The notes beneath the pieces were generated by a model, which saw nothing but the letters and a program-made list of their open reading frames with translations, searched no databases and was not told where the DNA came from. 64,000 nucleotides of DNA, taken from Octopus sinensis (lineage: Eukaryota). The stretch is taken from NCBI RefSeq assembly GCF_006345805.1, contig NC_043007.1, positions 53,692,001 through 53,756,000 of the forward strand, given 5' to 3'. Positions 12,856 to 24,629 of this stretch are shown in pieces (position 1 is the stretch's first letter; each line of letters opens with the position of its first letter). Both the position numbers and the translations under genes were made by a program.

Positions 12856-13035
12856 GCAAAAACAGTTATATCTGAGGAAGAATTAAAAGAAGGAATTCTT
12901 TGGCTGCGACAAACACCTGGGCCTGCATTGCTACAAGTCAAAGTCAATGTAGGTGGCCGTAGCAATCTGGGGCGCCCAACACGTACAACCCATGAGAACA
13001 AGGCTGATTTCATGCATTTTTTGGCCATAAAATAA
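12856..13035 (+). CDS. Terminal coding exon of a phosphonopyruvate decarboxylase (ThDP-dependent, Ppd/AepY-like)
   Basis: Polypyrimidine tract plus TTTAG acceptor ending at 12855; phase-0 frame AKTVISEEELKEGILWLRQTPGPALLQVKVNVGGRSNLGRPTRTTHENKADFMHFLAIK*. GP.LL.VKV..G.R.(D/N)LGRPT.T..ENK..FM.FL is the C-terminal signature of phosphonopyruvate decarboxylases as I recall it. I found no upstream exon in the window. Confidence 0.85.
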   Translation, partial: AKTVISEEELKEGILWLRQTPGPALLQVKVNVGGRSNLGRPTRTTHENKADFMHFLAIK

Positions 13036-13199
13036 AAGCAAGTTAGTGTAGGGAAACATTGTTTACAAACTATATTTTGATTATTCAATTTCTGATGTAG
13101 ATTGCAGCATATATTAGTGAATGGGAGTATCAAAAAAACATGGAACGGTAGACTAAAGAACAAAAAAAATCTTTCCAGTTCTATATTTAATAGATGAGG

Positions 13200-14262
13200 A
13201 ATTATGTACATTAGACGGATATTTGTCCCAACCTTGTTTGTTGTTAACACAAAGTTTCAGCTTATATACCCTCCAGCTTTATCTTGGGGAAATTTTGAAC
13301 CTGGGTTCTCATTCCTAAGGTATTTTTCGATATTATTATTATTGTTGTTGTTGTTCAGGTTACTGCTTGGAATCTTGGGGTTAGTAACCTGTGCTCTTAA
13401 CCACTCCCCCATATGCTCGTGGGCAATTATGGAGTGAATTTTAGAGCTTATAAATCTAATATTTTTCTATCCTTCCTTAATACTGGTTCCCATATGCTGC
13501 TCATATCTGCACCCAGTCTGCATATGTGCTGCTTCTTTTAGTTTTTGTATTTTCCAGTGGTGTTCTCTGTCTATTATTTTAACTTCATCCCACAGCGGGA
13601 GGTGGTCTCCATTTTTCCATACACATGATCAGCTATACCTGATTTATCAATATCTCCCTGTGTCACAGCTTTGCGCTGTTCATCTACCCTTATTTTGACT
13701 CCATCCCATGCAGCTGTGTTAGGTTATACAAAGGTGAAACATGCCGCCCCATCAAAATAAGGGTAGACGAACATCGCAAAGCTGTAACACAAGGAGATAT
13801 TGATAAATCTAGTATAGCTGATCATGTATGGAAAAATGGAGACCACCTCCCCTTGTGGGATGAAGTTAAAATAATAGACAGAGAACACCACCAGAAAATA
13901 CAAAAGCTAAAAGAAGCAGCACATATACTAGGACACAACAATCTCCTAAGCAGACCGAGTGCAGATATGAGCAACATATGGGAACCGGTATTAAGGAAGG
14001 ATAGAAAAATATTAAATTTATAAGCCCTACACATATGGCATAGTAGTTAAGAGTGTGGGCTACTAACCCCAAGATTCCGAGTTTGATTCCAAGCAGTGAC
14101 CTGAACAATAATAATAATAATAAAAATAATAATAATAAAATCAAAAAATACCTTAGGAATGAGAACCCAGGTTCAAAATTTCCCCAAAACATCTGATGAA
14201 GGCTGATGAACGTGTTAACAACAAACAAGATGTGAACAAATATCCATCTAATGTGAATAATG
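13200..14262. mobile_element. Penelope/Poseidon-type PLE fragment with an inverted copy of its 3' end (foldback, ~480 bp arms)
   Basis: Plus arm 13722-14015 encodes GIY-YIG YKGETCRPIKIRVDEHRKAVTQGDIDKSSIADHVWKNGDH..WDEVKIIDRE..KLKEAAHI; 13200-13698 is its reverse complement. Decayed hammerhead CTGATGA-AGGCTG...CAGC(C/T)GAAAC split between the two arms. Confidence 0.85.
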
Positions 14263-14817
14263 AAAAAAATCTTTATCGTACAATAAAATGTTAGATATTT
14301 CTTCTGCAAGCAGACCAACATGTTTTATTTTGGAACAATTTAGATCAATGAAATAAGCAGTTATTGGCTGTAATATAACTGAGTCTTTGTCATTTGTCTT
14401 GCATTTTTGGGAGGAATTTGTTCAGATATTCTTTGAAAGTTGTATGATCTTTTTCATCCATGATTTGTTTCAAATGATGCTAAATAGAGCAAGTCCTGTT
14501 GAGGTAAAAAAAAAAAACATGTGGCTCACAATTGCATACGTGCATACACACTCACACATATCCACACACAAAAAACTCTATTTCACACGATGATCATCAT
14601 TTCAGCAGCAACCATACAGTGTCTGCTGGTTCAAATTATTATGGTAACTGCAAAAACAGTAAAACATTAGATACATGAAGACACTATCAACACCTGCCTG
14701 ACTTCTCTTACATCACACCAATAACTGTGAAATATGAGAGATTTTTCTGGCACACACATACACACATAAATATAGACAAACAATAGAAAATGGAACGAAC
14801 AATATTCTTTATTTAAA

Positions 14818-14915
14818 ATCACTACAATTGTTTCAAAACATTTTTACACCGATAGTAAGATATTGTGTAATCATTATCATGCATCCAAGGTGCAAAATGC
14901 ACTTCCTCAGGTGAC
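14818..14915 (-). ncRNA. Type I hammerhead ribozyme motif, long stem II
   Basis: Minus strand: gtcac CUGAGGA agtgcattttgcacc...ggtgtaaaaatgtttt GAAAC AAUU GUA gtgat; stem I gtcac/gtgat, palindromic stem III. Confidence 0.75.
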
Positions 14916-15084
14916 TGCTTAAATGAGTTCTTCATTAGATCCTAACATCATTTCACTCAGCATAATGTACTTCCTGATATACATAAATTTACTCTACAAA
15001 TATTAAAGGACACATTAGTTAGATAAGAAAGATATGATAGTCATGGTTGGAATACTTTTTGTTATATGTCTGCCCCACCAGATC

Positions 15085-15460
15085 TAATCCAAAGACAAAG
15101 CCTTTGCAGTCACTTGAAATGCTAGAAATAGCAGCCAAATTACCCTCAGCTATGCCCTATAATCTTAAAAAAGAGAAGTATGCTTTGGATAATATAGCTC
15201 CTGATAAATAGAAAGACGGGATGTTCATTGTTTTAATGCCTTTTATCATAGGTCTGATTAATCAAAGTTAACCTTGTATAAGAAATAAAAATACCTCTAT
15301 GTGACTGATTGACCTGCTGAAATAGCAGCTCAAACTCACATAATGTACACCCTATCTCCTTCTAAAATGGTAGGATACATTGCCTTTGTAGCTCCTGATG
15401 TACACAAAGATTGGTAAAATGCTAGGGATAAACAGCAAAATTTACTCCAAATCATACATC
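15085..15460 (+). repeat. Dispersed repeat with GCTAGAAATAGCAGCCAAAT motif (also at ~1715, 16690, 53685)
   Basis: Motif recurs in both orientations at several positions. Confidence 0.5.
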
Positions 15461-16969
15461 CAAACTGTCTTTAAAAAAGTTCACTTTATACCATCAATAT
15501 AGTTTCGCAATACTTAAATAATAGTCATACAACGCTGAAATGAATTTTTTTCTATTAAGATTATAACAAAAATGGTTCATAATGTTCCAAAATGTTAGGT
15601 TCTGCTTTTATAATTATAAAACTATCCAAACTTTTTATTGACTCTCAAAATTGTTGTTTTGCTGAATCTACATTTGTAATAAAATAAAAATTATATTATA
15701 TTATTTATTTTATCAGTCTAAAACTTGGCTTGTACTTGGGTCTTTTTTTTTTTTTGTATTTTCTCTTATGTTTTTAAATCATATTTCTTTGTGTTGTTTT
15801 CAAAAGCTCTGATCACAAGAAGAAAGGGAAACAGTTATTTTACAAAAGTGTGTTTTGGTTTTTTTTGGGGTTTTTTTCTCCTTTTTATTTTAAGCTACAT
15901 AGTAGTAATATCATAGTGAATTTCAATAGCTTATGTCGAAATAAGACTACACAAGTGAGAGTTTCCAGTCTATGAAATCAAGGCAACAAGCAGGCTACAG
16001 CAGCCTGTTTCAGTGGCCTTAAAATATATTTCACAATGACATCATTAGATTATTTTCAATGTTGCACAAATTAATATGATGTTTGAAAAAATGTTGCCTG
16101 CAGAACCCATAGAGTGGAAACACTTTGTTCTATTTGTATGTGCTTTTTACATGTTATTTCATGCATTTTTGTTTACCTCTCATGAAAAGAAATTATGGAT
16201 ACAGAACAGTCACATCTATTTTTTACCCTAATATATCTTAAAAAAAGTAACTTCATTTATGTCAGCCATATTTTATGTGGATAATTTATAACTTTTCAAA
16301 GATATATATATATATAAATGCATTTAAACAAAACTGATTATTTGCTTTACCTGATAAAATGAACATTCATTTTTTTTTTATTTAAATGAGAAATTGTAAT
16401 TACTTCTGGGGTTGATTTATTCGACTAAAATTGGCCTCAGTCTAATGACTGAAACAGGTAAAAGGTAAAAGAAAAAAGATATAAATTATTAACTTCAATT
16501 ATTTCAGAGAAAATAGCATTTAAATTATTACTTATTTTATGCATAAATATTGACAGATCAATTTTCAGTGAATAAAAGTACATTGTTATCTGAATTAAAA
16601 TGTTACTTTCCATTTATATGAACATGTTTTCTCTTCCACTTCTCTCTAACATATAGGTATATTTAAGACAGAAATAAATTTGACATGCAAAAAATAGCAG
16701 CCAAATCTGACGCTATTTAAGATTTGGCTACTATAAGGATAAAAATGGAATAACACAAATAATAATGTAGTCTTAGAAATACTGTGTCTGGATGACATCA
16801 GTTGATCATAAATACCTGGAATATGTGGCTGCATCTTCAATTGTATGGGTATATGATAGACAGGGAAAAGTTTAAGATAAGCTCCAGCAGTAACCCCAAG
16901 AAATTCAGGGAAATCAATTTTTCATTGCACAAGTAAATATGTGTGTATATATACATAGGTATATATAAA

Positions 16970-17355
16970 TAGGCACAGCTGTGTTGTAAGAAATTTGCTT
17001 CCCAACCACATGATTTGGGGTTCAGTCCCACTGTGTGGCACATAGGGCAGGTGCCTTCTATTATAGCCTAAGGCCAACAAAAGCCTTGTGAGTGGATTTG
17101 GTAGATGGAAAATGAAAGAATCCTTTCATATATATATGTGTGTGTGTCTGCGTTTGTCCCCCATCACCACTTGAAAACTGGTGTTGGGGTGTTTGTGTTC
17201 CCATAGCTTAGTGAGTCATCAACAGAGACCAATAGAATAAGTACCAGGCTTTAAAAAATACTGGGTTTGATTCTTCAACTAAAAAGTCTTCAAATCAGTA
17301 CCCCAGCATGGCAACACTCTAATGGCTGAAATAAGTAAAAAATAAAAGATAGAAG
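16970..17355 (+). mobile_element. tRNA-derived SINE, family A (diverged)
   Basis: Colinear with 12248-12650. Confidence 0.8.
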
Positions 17356-17547
17356 ATTATATATATATATATTTGCTTATATTATTAATAATAATAATAT
17401 GACAACAAAAGAATGAATGAGACCTCAATATTATGTAAATAGAGGAATTTATATATATATTTTTACATAATATAGGCGAATCAGTAAGTTGTCATATTTG
17501 AAACTCTGAGTATTATTATGACAACTTACTGATTGTCCTATATTATT

Positions 17548-17583
<36 letters not shown>

Positions 17584-17584
17584 A

Positions 17585-18535
17585 ATGGATGAATGAATTA
17601 TCGTTAACATGGAAAATTCAATAAACAGTTACCAGGGTAGCAAAATTCTCGCAAGTAACACAGATGTAGCGACCAATTCAAAAGTAGAAACTTACTGTGC
17701 AGTAATTTGTGTAGTATAAGTAAATAAATGGAGTTGAATGCAGATGCTATTCAAATTCTTTTACTTTCGACATATGTTTCGAAGACAACATTGGTTTTAT
17801 TCCAAAGGAATAAATGGTGTAAAATGCAATCTTCTCATCAGGAAAGAAAGAGAACCTATCTCAACAACAAGACATTATAACAATTTTGATGACTGCATAA
17901 ATGATAAACAGAACACTATTAAGTATTTAAAAAAAACGTTAGTAGATTCAACGTCAAAGGCAGACACTAGGAAGAGGAGAGGTAAAGAAATAAGTAGAAA
18001 ACAAATAAAGAGGGATATATTAGTTGAAAAAATTTTCAAAGGCTTGGAAGTAGATTTCTCTATTGAAGTAAAGTACAAGTTGAACTAAATGTTCAAACTA
18101 TAAAGACTGGTAAAATCACTTATATGAGCTAAAGGTATGTTTCTACCAGTGCTTATAAGTGTGTTAACAAGGTGATTCTTAGAGAAGAGAATATGGAAGA
18201 GTTCAGAGTTGCAAATGTTACAAAATCCTTTGCCCTTATCATAAGGGAAAGATATGGACAGGATGAACCAATCTAACTTAAGATCCTTATTGTTGTCTTT
18301 AAGATACCAAACCAATTTACTTAGCCCTGTGTTATGACGTTTACTGCTATCCCTAAATGAAGAAAAATAATTGGAAATTCTCTTAGAAAACAGGGAAGAG
18401 GATGCGCCAATGTAGAAGTAGACATTGGTACCGCAAGAAATTTTACATTGGTAAAATTATTGATCTTAAAATTATTAGACATAAATTTAATTCTGTTGGG
18501 GTTGTCCTCAGAGACCAAAACCATGTTTTTATTGC

Positions 18536-18569
<34 letters not shown>

Positions 18570-18790
18570 ATACTTAATAGCATTCTGTTTATCATTTATG
18601 CAGTCATCAAAATTGTTATAATGTCTTGTTGTTGAGATAGGTTCTCTTTCTTTCCTGATGAAAAGATTGCATTTTACACCGTTTATTCCTTTGGAATAAA
18701 ACCAATGTTGTCTTCGAAACATATGTGGAAAGTAAAAGAATTCGAATAGCATCTGCATTCAACTCCATTTATTTACTTATATATATATAT
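17585..18790 (-). mobile_element. 5'-truncated Naiad-like PLE with an inverted pLTR, inserted in (TA)n
   Basis: Minus ORF remnant LVWYLKDNNKDLKLDWFIL..FPYDKGKGFCNICNSE..IL (GIY-YIG C-terminus). 17713-17927 is inverted at 18570-18780. A ~120 nt tail is present only in the left arm. Confidence 0.8.
17764..17846 (-). ncRNA. Type I hammerhead ribozyme, intact core, long stem II
   Basis: Minus: ctttc CUGAUGA gaaga...(tttattcc ttt ggaataaa)...tcttc GAAAC AUAU GUC gaaag. The inverted copy at ~18650-18732 (+) has GUG at the cleavage site. Confidence 0.85.
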
Positions 18791-18794
18791 ATAT

Positions 18795-19005
18795 TCATCA
18801 TCATTTAATGTCCATTTTCCATGCTGGCATGGGCTGGATGGGTTGACTGAAAGCTGGTAAGTTGGGGAGCTGCACCAGTTTGATTCGGCATGGTTTCTAC
18901 AGCTGATGCTCTTCTTAATGCCAACCACTCCAAGAGTGTAGTAGGTGCATTTTACATGCCACTGGCACTGATGCCAGTTATGAAACACAGGCATCAACCA
19001 CAACA
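18795..19005 (-). mobile_element. RTE 3'UTR fragment
   Basis: (ATC)n, CCATGCTGGCATGGG and GTGCATTTTACATGCCACTGGCAC module. Confidence 0.7.
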
Positions 19006-19009
19006 ACAC

Positions 19010-19410
19010 TCTCACTTCACTTATCCCAGTGTTTCAGCAGCACATTGAAGAACCTGGTCTTGAAAATCTTCGCATACTGTAGTATTTTCATTGCTTTTTC
19101 CTCAACACAGCATCATATACCTTGTGGACATTCAGATCCCGGAACTTTACTCACACCAGACTGTGGTCTGTCCAGCATTCCAATCCATGAAAGGACTTGG
19201 CATTACAAATGTCATAGATGTCACACTTACAGATGATTATATAATCTAGCAAATGCCAAACTTTAGATCTTGGATGCATCCATGTTGTTGTGTGATCACC
19301 TTTGTGCATAAAATGGGTGCTTGCGATGTAAAGTCCATGTTCATTGCAAAGCTCCAGCAGCATGAGACCATTGCTATTCATTTTTCCTACACCAAAACGT
19401 CCTAGAACTT
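19010..19410 (-). pseudogene. RTE/BovB-like LINE endonuclease fragment
   Basis: LGRFGVGKMNSNGLMLLELCNEHGLYIASTHF...TTWMHPRSKVWHLLDYII...CWTDHSLV. Confidence 0.88.
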
Positions 19411-19447
19411 ATTAGAATTTATTATTATTCATAAACTTATTAGCGTA

Positions 19448-20440
19448 GTTTGGAGGGATTGTGCAATGCCTAAAGACTTGAAGGATGCAATTATTCTTCC
19501 TCTCTATAAAGGAAAAGGAGCCAGAATAACATGTGGTAACTGCAGAGGTATTGCTCTGCTATCAACTACCGGCAGGGTTCTGGCAAATATTCTTCTTACC
19601 CACCTGAATGGGTGTCTCATAAATGATGTCCTATCTGAATCTTAATGTGACTTCCGAGGGACAATAGATATGATTTTCACAGCAAGACAGATGCAAGAGA
19701 AGTACTATGAGCAGAATATGGATCTTGTTCAGGTATTCATTGATTTACCAAGGCCTTTGATACTGTGAATAGGGCCTTGCTATGGAAAATACTTGGCAAA
19801 CTTGGATGTCCAGATCATTTTGTATCTATAATTAAATCATTTCATGATGGGATGGAGGCTTGGATCAATGTGAGTGTTGGTTGTGGCATAGAGGGACCCA
19901 TTCCTGTAGCGAATGGTATCCTTGCCCCAACTCTCTTTTCTTTGTACTTTGCTGCTGTTTTTTACTCATGCTTCTGCTAAGGTTAGTTCTCTGGGAATAT
20001 ATGTCAGTTATTGAGCTTCTGCACACCTCTTTAATTTGTATCGATTTGCTGCCAATTCAAAAGTTTCCCAGTCTCTTATTCAGAACCCCCTTTATGCAGA
20101 TGACTGTGATTTAGTCACTCATACAGTGGATGACATGCAAGTACTTATGAATCATATATCTGCTTCTTGCAAAGCATTTGGACTCAGAATTAGCCTAGAC
20201 AAGACTCTTGTAATGTTCCAGCCTGCACCAGGAAATCTATATGTGGAACCAGCTATCTTGGTTGAAGGAACAATACTGAAAGTGGTAGACAAGTTTGTCT
20301 ACATGGGCAGCACACTCAGCCGTTCTTGCTCCCTGGATGATGAATTTTTTTTTGCAGGCTGCAGATCTCTTCTGATCTCTTCAGTTTCGTGTCTTGTCCC
20401 AGCATGACATCAGAAGGCAAACAAAAATTGCTGTGTACCA
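19448..20440 (+). pseudogene. RTE/BovB-like LINE reverse transcriptase fragment
   Basis: LKDAIILPLYKGKG..CGNCRGIALLS, DMIFTARQMQEK, KAFDTVNRALLWKILGKLGCP, LYADDCDL, FVYMGSTLS. Confidence 0.9.
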
Positions 20441-20442
20441 TA

Positions 20443-23400
20443 ATAGAATTATACAGGTCTTTGAGGAGAAAATATGGAATATGGTAAAAAATATCAAATT
20501 AAAAAAATACCCCAACAGACACAACGAGCATCTCAGCAGCTTAGCTAGAAAAATAGAAATATTAAAGAACCAGGATGGAGTTATAGTACAATCTGATAAG
20601 ACCAAGAGTTTATATAGACTGGATACACTACTTTATGATAAACTACTAGAAAAGGAAATAATGAAAAATATAATTAAAAATTATTTAGATAATATTAACA
20701 TAATTTCCAAAAAAATCATGGTTAAATATGGTATTGAAAATAGAACTGAACTATATGCCCTGATGCATCCATGAATAATGATTAAAGACCATAAGGATAA
20801 ATTTTACTCAAACCCCCAAGTAAGATTAATATGACCTAGCAAGTCAGATATAGGTAGACTTAGAAAATTAACATTAGATAAATATATAGTGAAATTAAAT
20901 AAGTTAGGTAACCTTAAACTCTGGAATTGTACCTGAGATACTATAAAAGGGTTTAATAACATCTATTAAAAATAGATGTAAATTCCTTCAAATTGATATA
21001 GAGAATTATTATTCATTTATAAATGAAGTAGTTTTAAATAAGGCCCTACCATATGCCATGAGAAAGGTAAATATTTCATTTGAAGAAGTTAAAGTGGTGT
21101 TGGCTGTGAGGAAGTCTATTATAAAATATAAAGATAAACTACGGGCAAGAAAGTCTTTTCTTGCCCGTAGTTTATCTTTATATTTTATAATAGACTTCCT
21201 CTTTAAGACACTAGAGATTGTTTTGATATACCCATGGGTGCCCCAGATTCAGCTGAGGTTACCAATCTTGTAGGCTTATATCTCTTATCTGAACTAGAAA
21301 GAGAATTTACGAATATAGAGGGTGGTCTTTATAGGGACGACCTACTACTTATAACTAGGAATTGTACTAATAGGTCATTAGAATGCCTTAAGGAGAAAAT
21401 GTATGAGTTCTTTAAGAATAATGGCCTAGGAGTATATCTATAGAGAATGAGCATTATGCAGTAAATTATCTAGACGTCAACCTTGATCTAGTCACTAATA
21501 AGATCCATCTATTCCATAAGTTAAATGAAAACCTAAAGTATATTAGTTCTTCAAGTAACCATCCTAGATCAGTTAAAGAAGCTTTAATAAATAATATAGG
21601 TAAAAGAATATCTATGCTAACCTCAGATTATGACACTTTTAATAAAAATACCCCATATTATGATAAAGCATTAAAAGAAGCAGGATATAACTCTAATATG
21701 AAATTCTTTAATATTAATAATAATATTAATAATAATATAACAAGTATTCCTAATAAAACTAATAATAAATCTAACAGTAAAAATATGAATAATAATAATA
21801 AAAGACAATATAACAAACTAAATAAAGATAAAAACAATATAGCTGTCATTAATGATTACAATAATAATAGTAATATTGAAAATGAGAGTATGAGCAATAG
21901 TAAGAACATAGTAAAGTATACAAGAAGAGATATAATATACCCAAGAATAACAATTTAATACCGATGATGTCTACTAATAATGATAATATAAAAATATAAA
22001 AAATAAAAAAGGATATTATGTGGTTAATTATTCCGTATGGGACTCAAGTGATAACTAATTTTATTAAGGAGACACTTAAAATAGTAAAAATGGTTTCTAA
22101 AAAGGACAATAGTTATTCAAATATATTTTCCAATAAAACCACAAGAGTGGGATACTTAACATTGATAAATGTAGGCAATATCGTTTCCTCTATAAATAAT
22201 AAGAAATCAAATAATTATTATAATAGCTCTAGGCATAATATAATCAATAGTGATAGAAGTCTTAATCAACATATAGAAAAATGTTCATGTCATGATAAGA
22301 CTAAATGTAAGCTCTCTAATAATTGTAATATCGATAATGCAATTTATAAATGTATAGTTAGCTCTAAGAACAATAATAATAAAATTATAAATAAGGTTTA
22401 TATTGGACCAACAGCTAATAAAATTTAAAAAAGGAATATCCCAACACTACCAGACCTTTAAAAATCCCAATTTAAGTAAGTCCACAGGCTTAAGTAAATA
22501 TATATGGGAATTCAAATCTAGAAAAAGAGAGTACACCCTTAATTGGAATATTATAGATAGAGCCCACTCCTTTAATATTGGGAATAAAATGTGTTTATTA
22601 ATGCATAACAGAATTTATGAAACTACTACAGTCTAGAGATGAATTATTAAACACATATGAACGTGGAGTTAAATGTAGGCACCGAAGTAATTTTACATTT
22701 AGTAAAATGAAGTACTGAAGCCCCAACCCCTGGATCAAATAACCACATAATTTTATTTCTAAAGCACTGGAATAGACTATATAAATAAAAAAATAATGCA
22801 ATAATTTAATTAAATATATGAATTAAATATTACTAAAATACATATCTTCCAATATAGGTAAATTTGAAAATAATAATAATAGAGGATAATTTAAAATTAA
22901 AACTATGTATATTGTAATTACCCCCTTGGTACTAATCACCTATAAATACCCATAGTTCCCTACTATCTTATTCCTCTAAGCACCATTTTAGTACCAGCAA
23001 AAAAAGGAAGATATATATTTGAATTTTTCTTGTTATATATCACATTTAAACACAGATATTTTTATTCTGATGTATAATTTTATATCTCACATTCTATATT
23101 TGATTTTACATGATTGATATATACACTAATTCATATTTAAAATGTATAATTTCTAAATTTTAATTCTTAATATTACAAAGTATAATTTTAATTTTTAATT
23201 TTTTATTCTTAATTTTTAATCTTTAATGCTTTAATTGCTTATTTTTTAAAGGGATGTAAAATTAGATATATAATATTTTGAAAAAGAACCTGAAGATGTG
23301 TTGGAATAATTGCATATATGTATTTATATATGTATATATCTGAGTGGCTGGGTGGTAAGTAGCTTGCTTACCAACCACATGGTTCTGGGTTCAGTCCCAC

Positions 23401-23685
23401 TGCGTGGCACCTTGTGAGTGGATTTGGTACACGGAAAGAAGCCCGTCGTATATATATGTGTGTATATGTTTGTGTGTCTGTGTTTGCCCCCCCCCACCAC
23501 CACCACCATCGCTTGACAACCGATGAAGGTGTGTTTACATCCCCGTAACTTACCGGTTTGGCAAAAGAGACTGCTAGAATAAGTACTAGGCATACAAAGA
23601 ATATGGGGTCGATTTGCTTGACTAAAGGCAGTGCTCCAGCATGGCTGCAGTCAAATGACTAAAACAGGTAAAAGAGTAAAAGAGT

Positions 23686-23723
<38 letters not shown>

Positions 23724-23860
23724 GTAATCTTCCAAACACGTGTAGTTCCTTCATATTTAATAAATTTCAGTATTAAATAAAGTAAGAGATAATTAATGAA
23801 GTATAATATATACCCAGCTGGTAATTTTGGTTATATCCTTTAAGTATTATTGATGTGCAA
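20443..23860 (+). mobile_element. Near-complete decayed Naiad-like Penelope element (RT plus C-terminal GIY-YIG)
   Basis: SDKT, KDHKDKF..NPQVRLI*PSKSDIG, DIENYYSFI, PMGAPDSAEV, GLYRDD, NYLDVNLDL, SNHP, CSC...C...NC...AIYKC..VYIGPT, STGLSKYIWE, CRHR. A decayed hammerhead (CTGAAGA at 23290 ... AAAC-ACGT-GTA-GTTC at ~23734-23748) is split by a SINE. Confidence 0.88.
23342..23685 (+). mobile_element. SINE family A inserted into the PLE 3' hammerhead stem II
   Basis: Colinear with 12248-12650; sits in a (TA)n loop between TGTGTTGGAATAATTGC and GTAATCTTCCAAACAC. Confidence 0.8.
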
Positions 23861-24331
23861 ACTCATACCATGAGTTTACTTTCAGATATACTCATTAGAT
23901 TATTCTTTGTATTATCTGCAATAGAATACCCGCATATCGATTAATCCCCCAAAATTGAATTAATATTGACTTTTATCAGATACTTTGTATAGATAAATAT
24001 ATAAATATATGATAAATAAGAGCCCAAGGCACGATATGCATATAAGGCTGAAGTGTTGTACCTGATTGATATTGATTTGGAAATTTGTTTTCCCAAATTA
24101 TTTAAATTATGCATTCTATATATATATAGTCTATATATTCTATATATATATATATATCACATATATATATATACTATATGTATGCATTTTTTCAACAATC
24201 TAAGTATGTCACAAGGTTTCCAGACATGAGTTCCACTCACGTGTCAAGTTTCACCAAAATCAATAAAACAATGTTGGAGGAGTTAGCAAAGCCAGAAGCA
24301 AATACACACCAATTTTCCACATATGTACTGG

Positions 24332-24394
<63 letters not shown>

Positions 24395-24398
<4 letters not shown>

Positions 24399-24608
24399 TG
24401 TGTCTGTGTTTGTCCTCCCCCATCATTGCTTGACAACCGATGTTGGTGTGTTTATGTCTCCGTAACTTAGTGGTTCGGCAAAAGAGACCAATAGAATAAG
24501 TACTAGGCTTACAAAGAATAAGTCCTGGGGTCGATTTGTGTGACTAAAGACGGTGCTCCAGTATGACCACAGTCAAATTACTGAAACAAATAAAAGAATA
24601 AAAGAATA
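24395..24608 (+). mobile_element. SINE family A, 3' half, following a (TG)n tract
   Basis: GCTTGACAACCGATG...AGAGACCAATAGAATAAGTAC...CAGTCAAAT.ACTGAAAC, (AATAAAAG)n tail. Confidence 0.8.
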
Positions 24609-24629
24609 TCATATATGATGATGAGGTAT

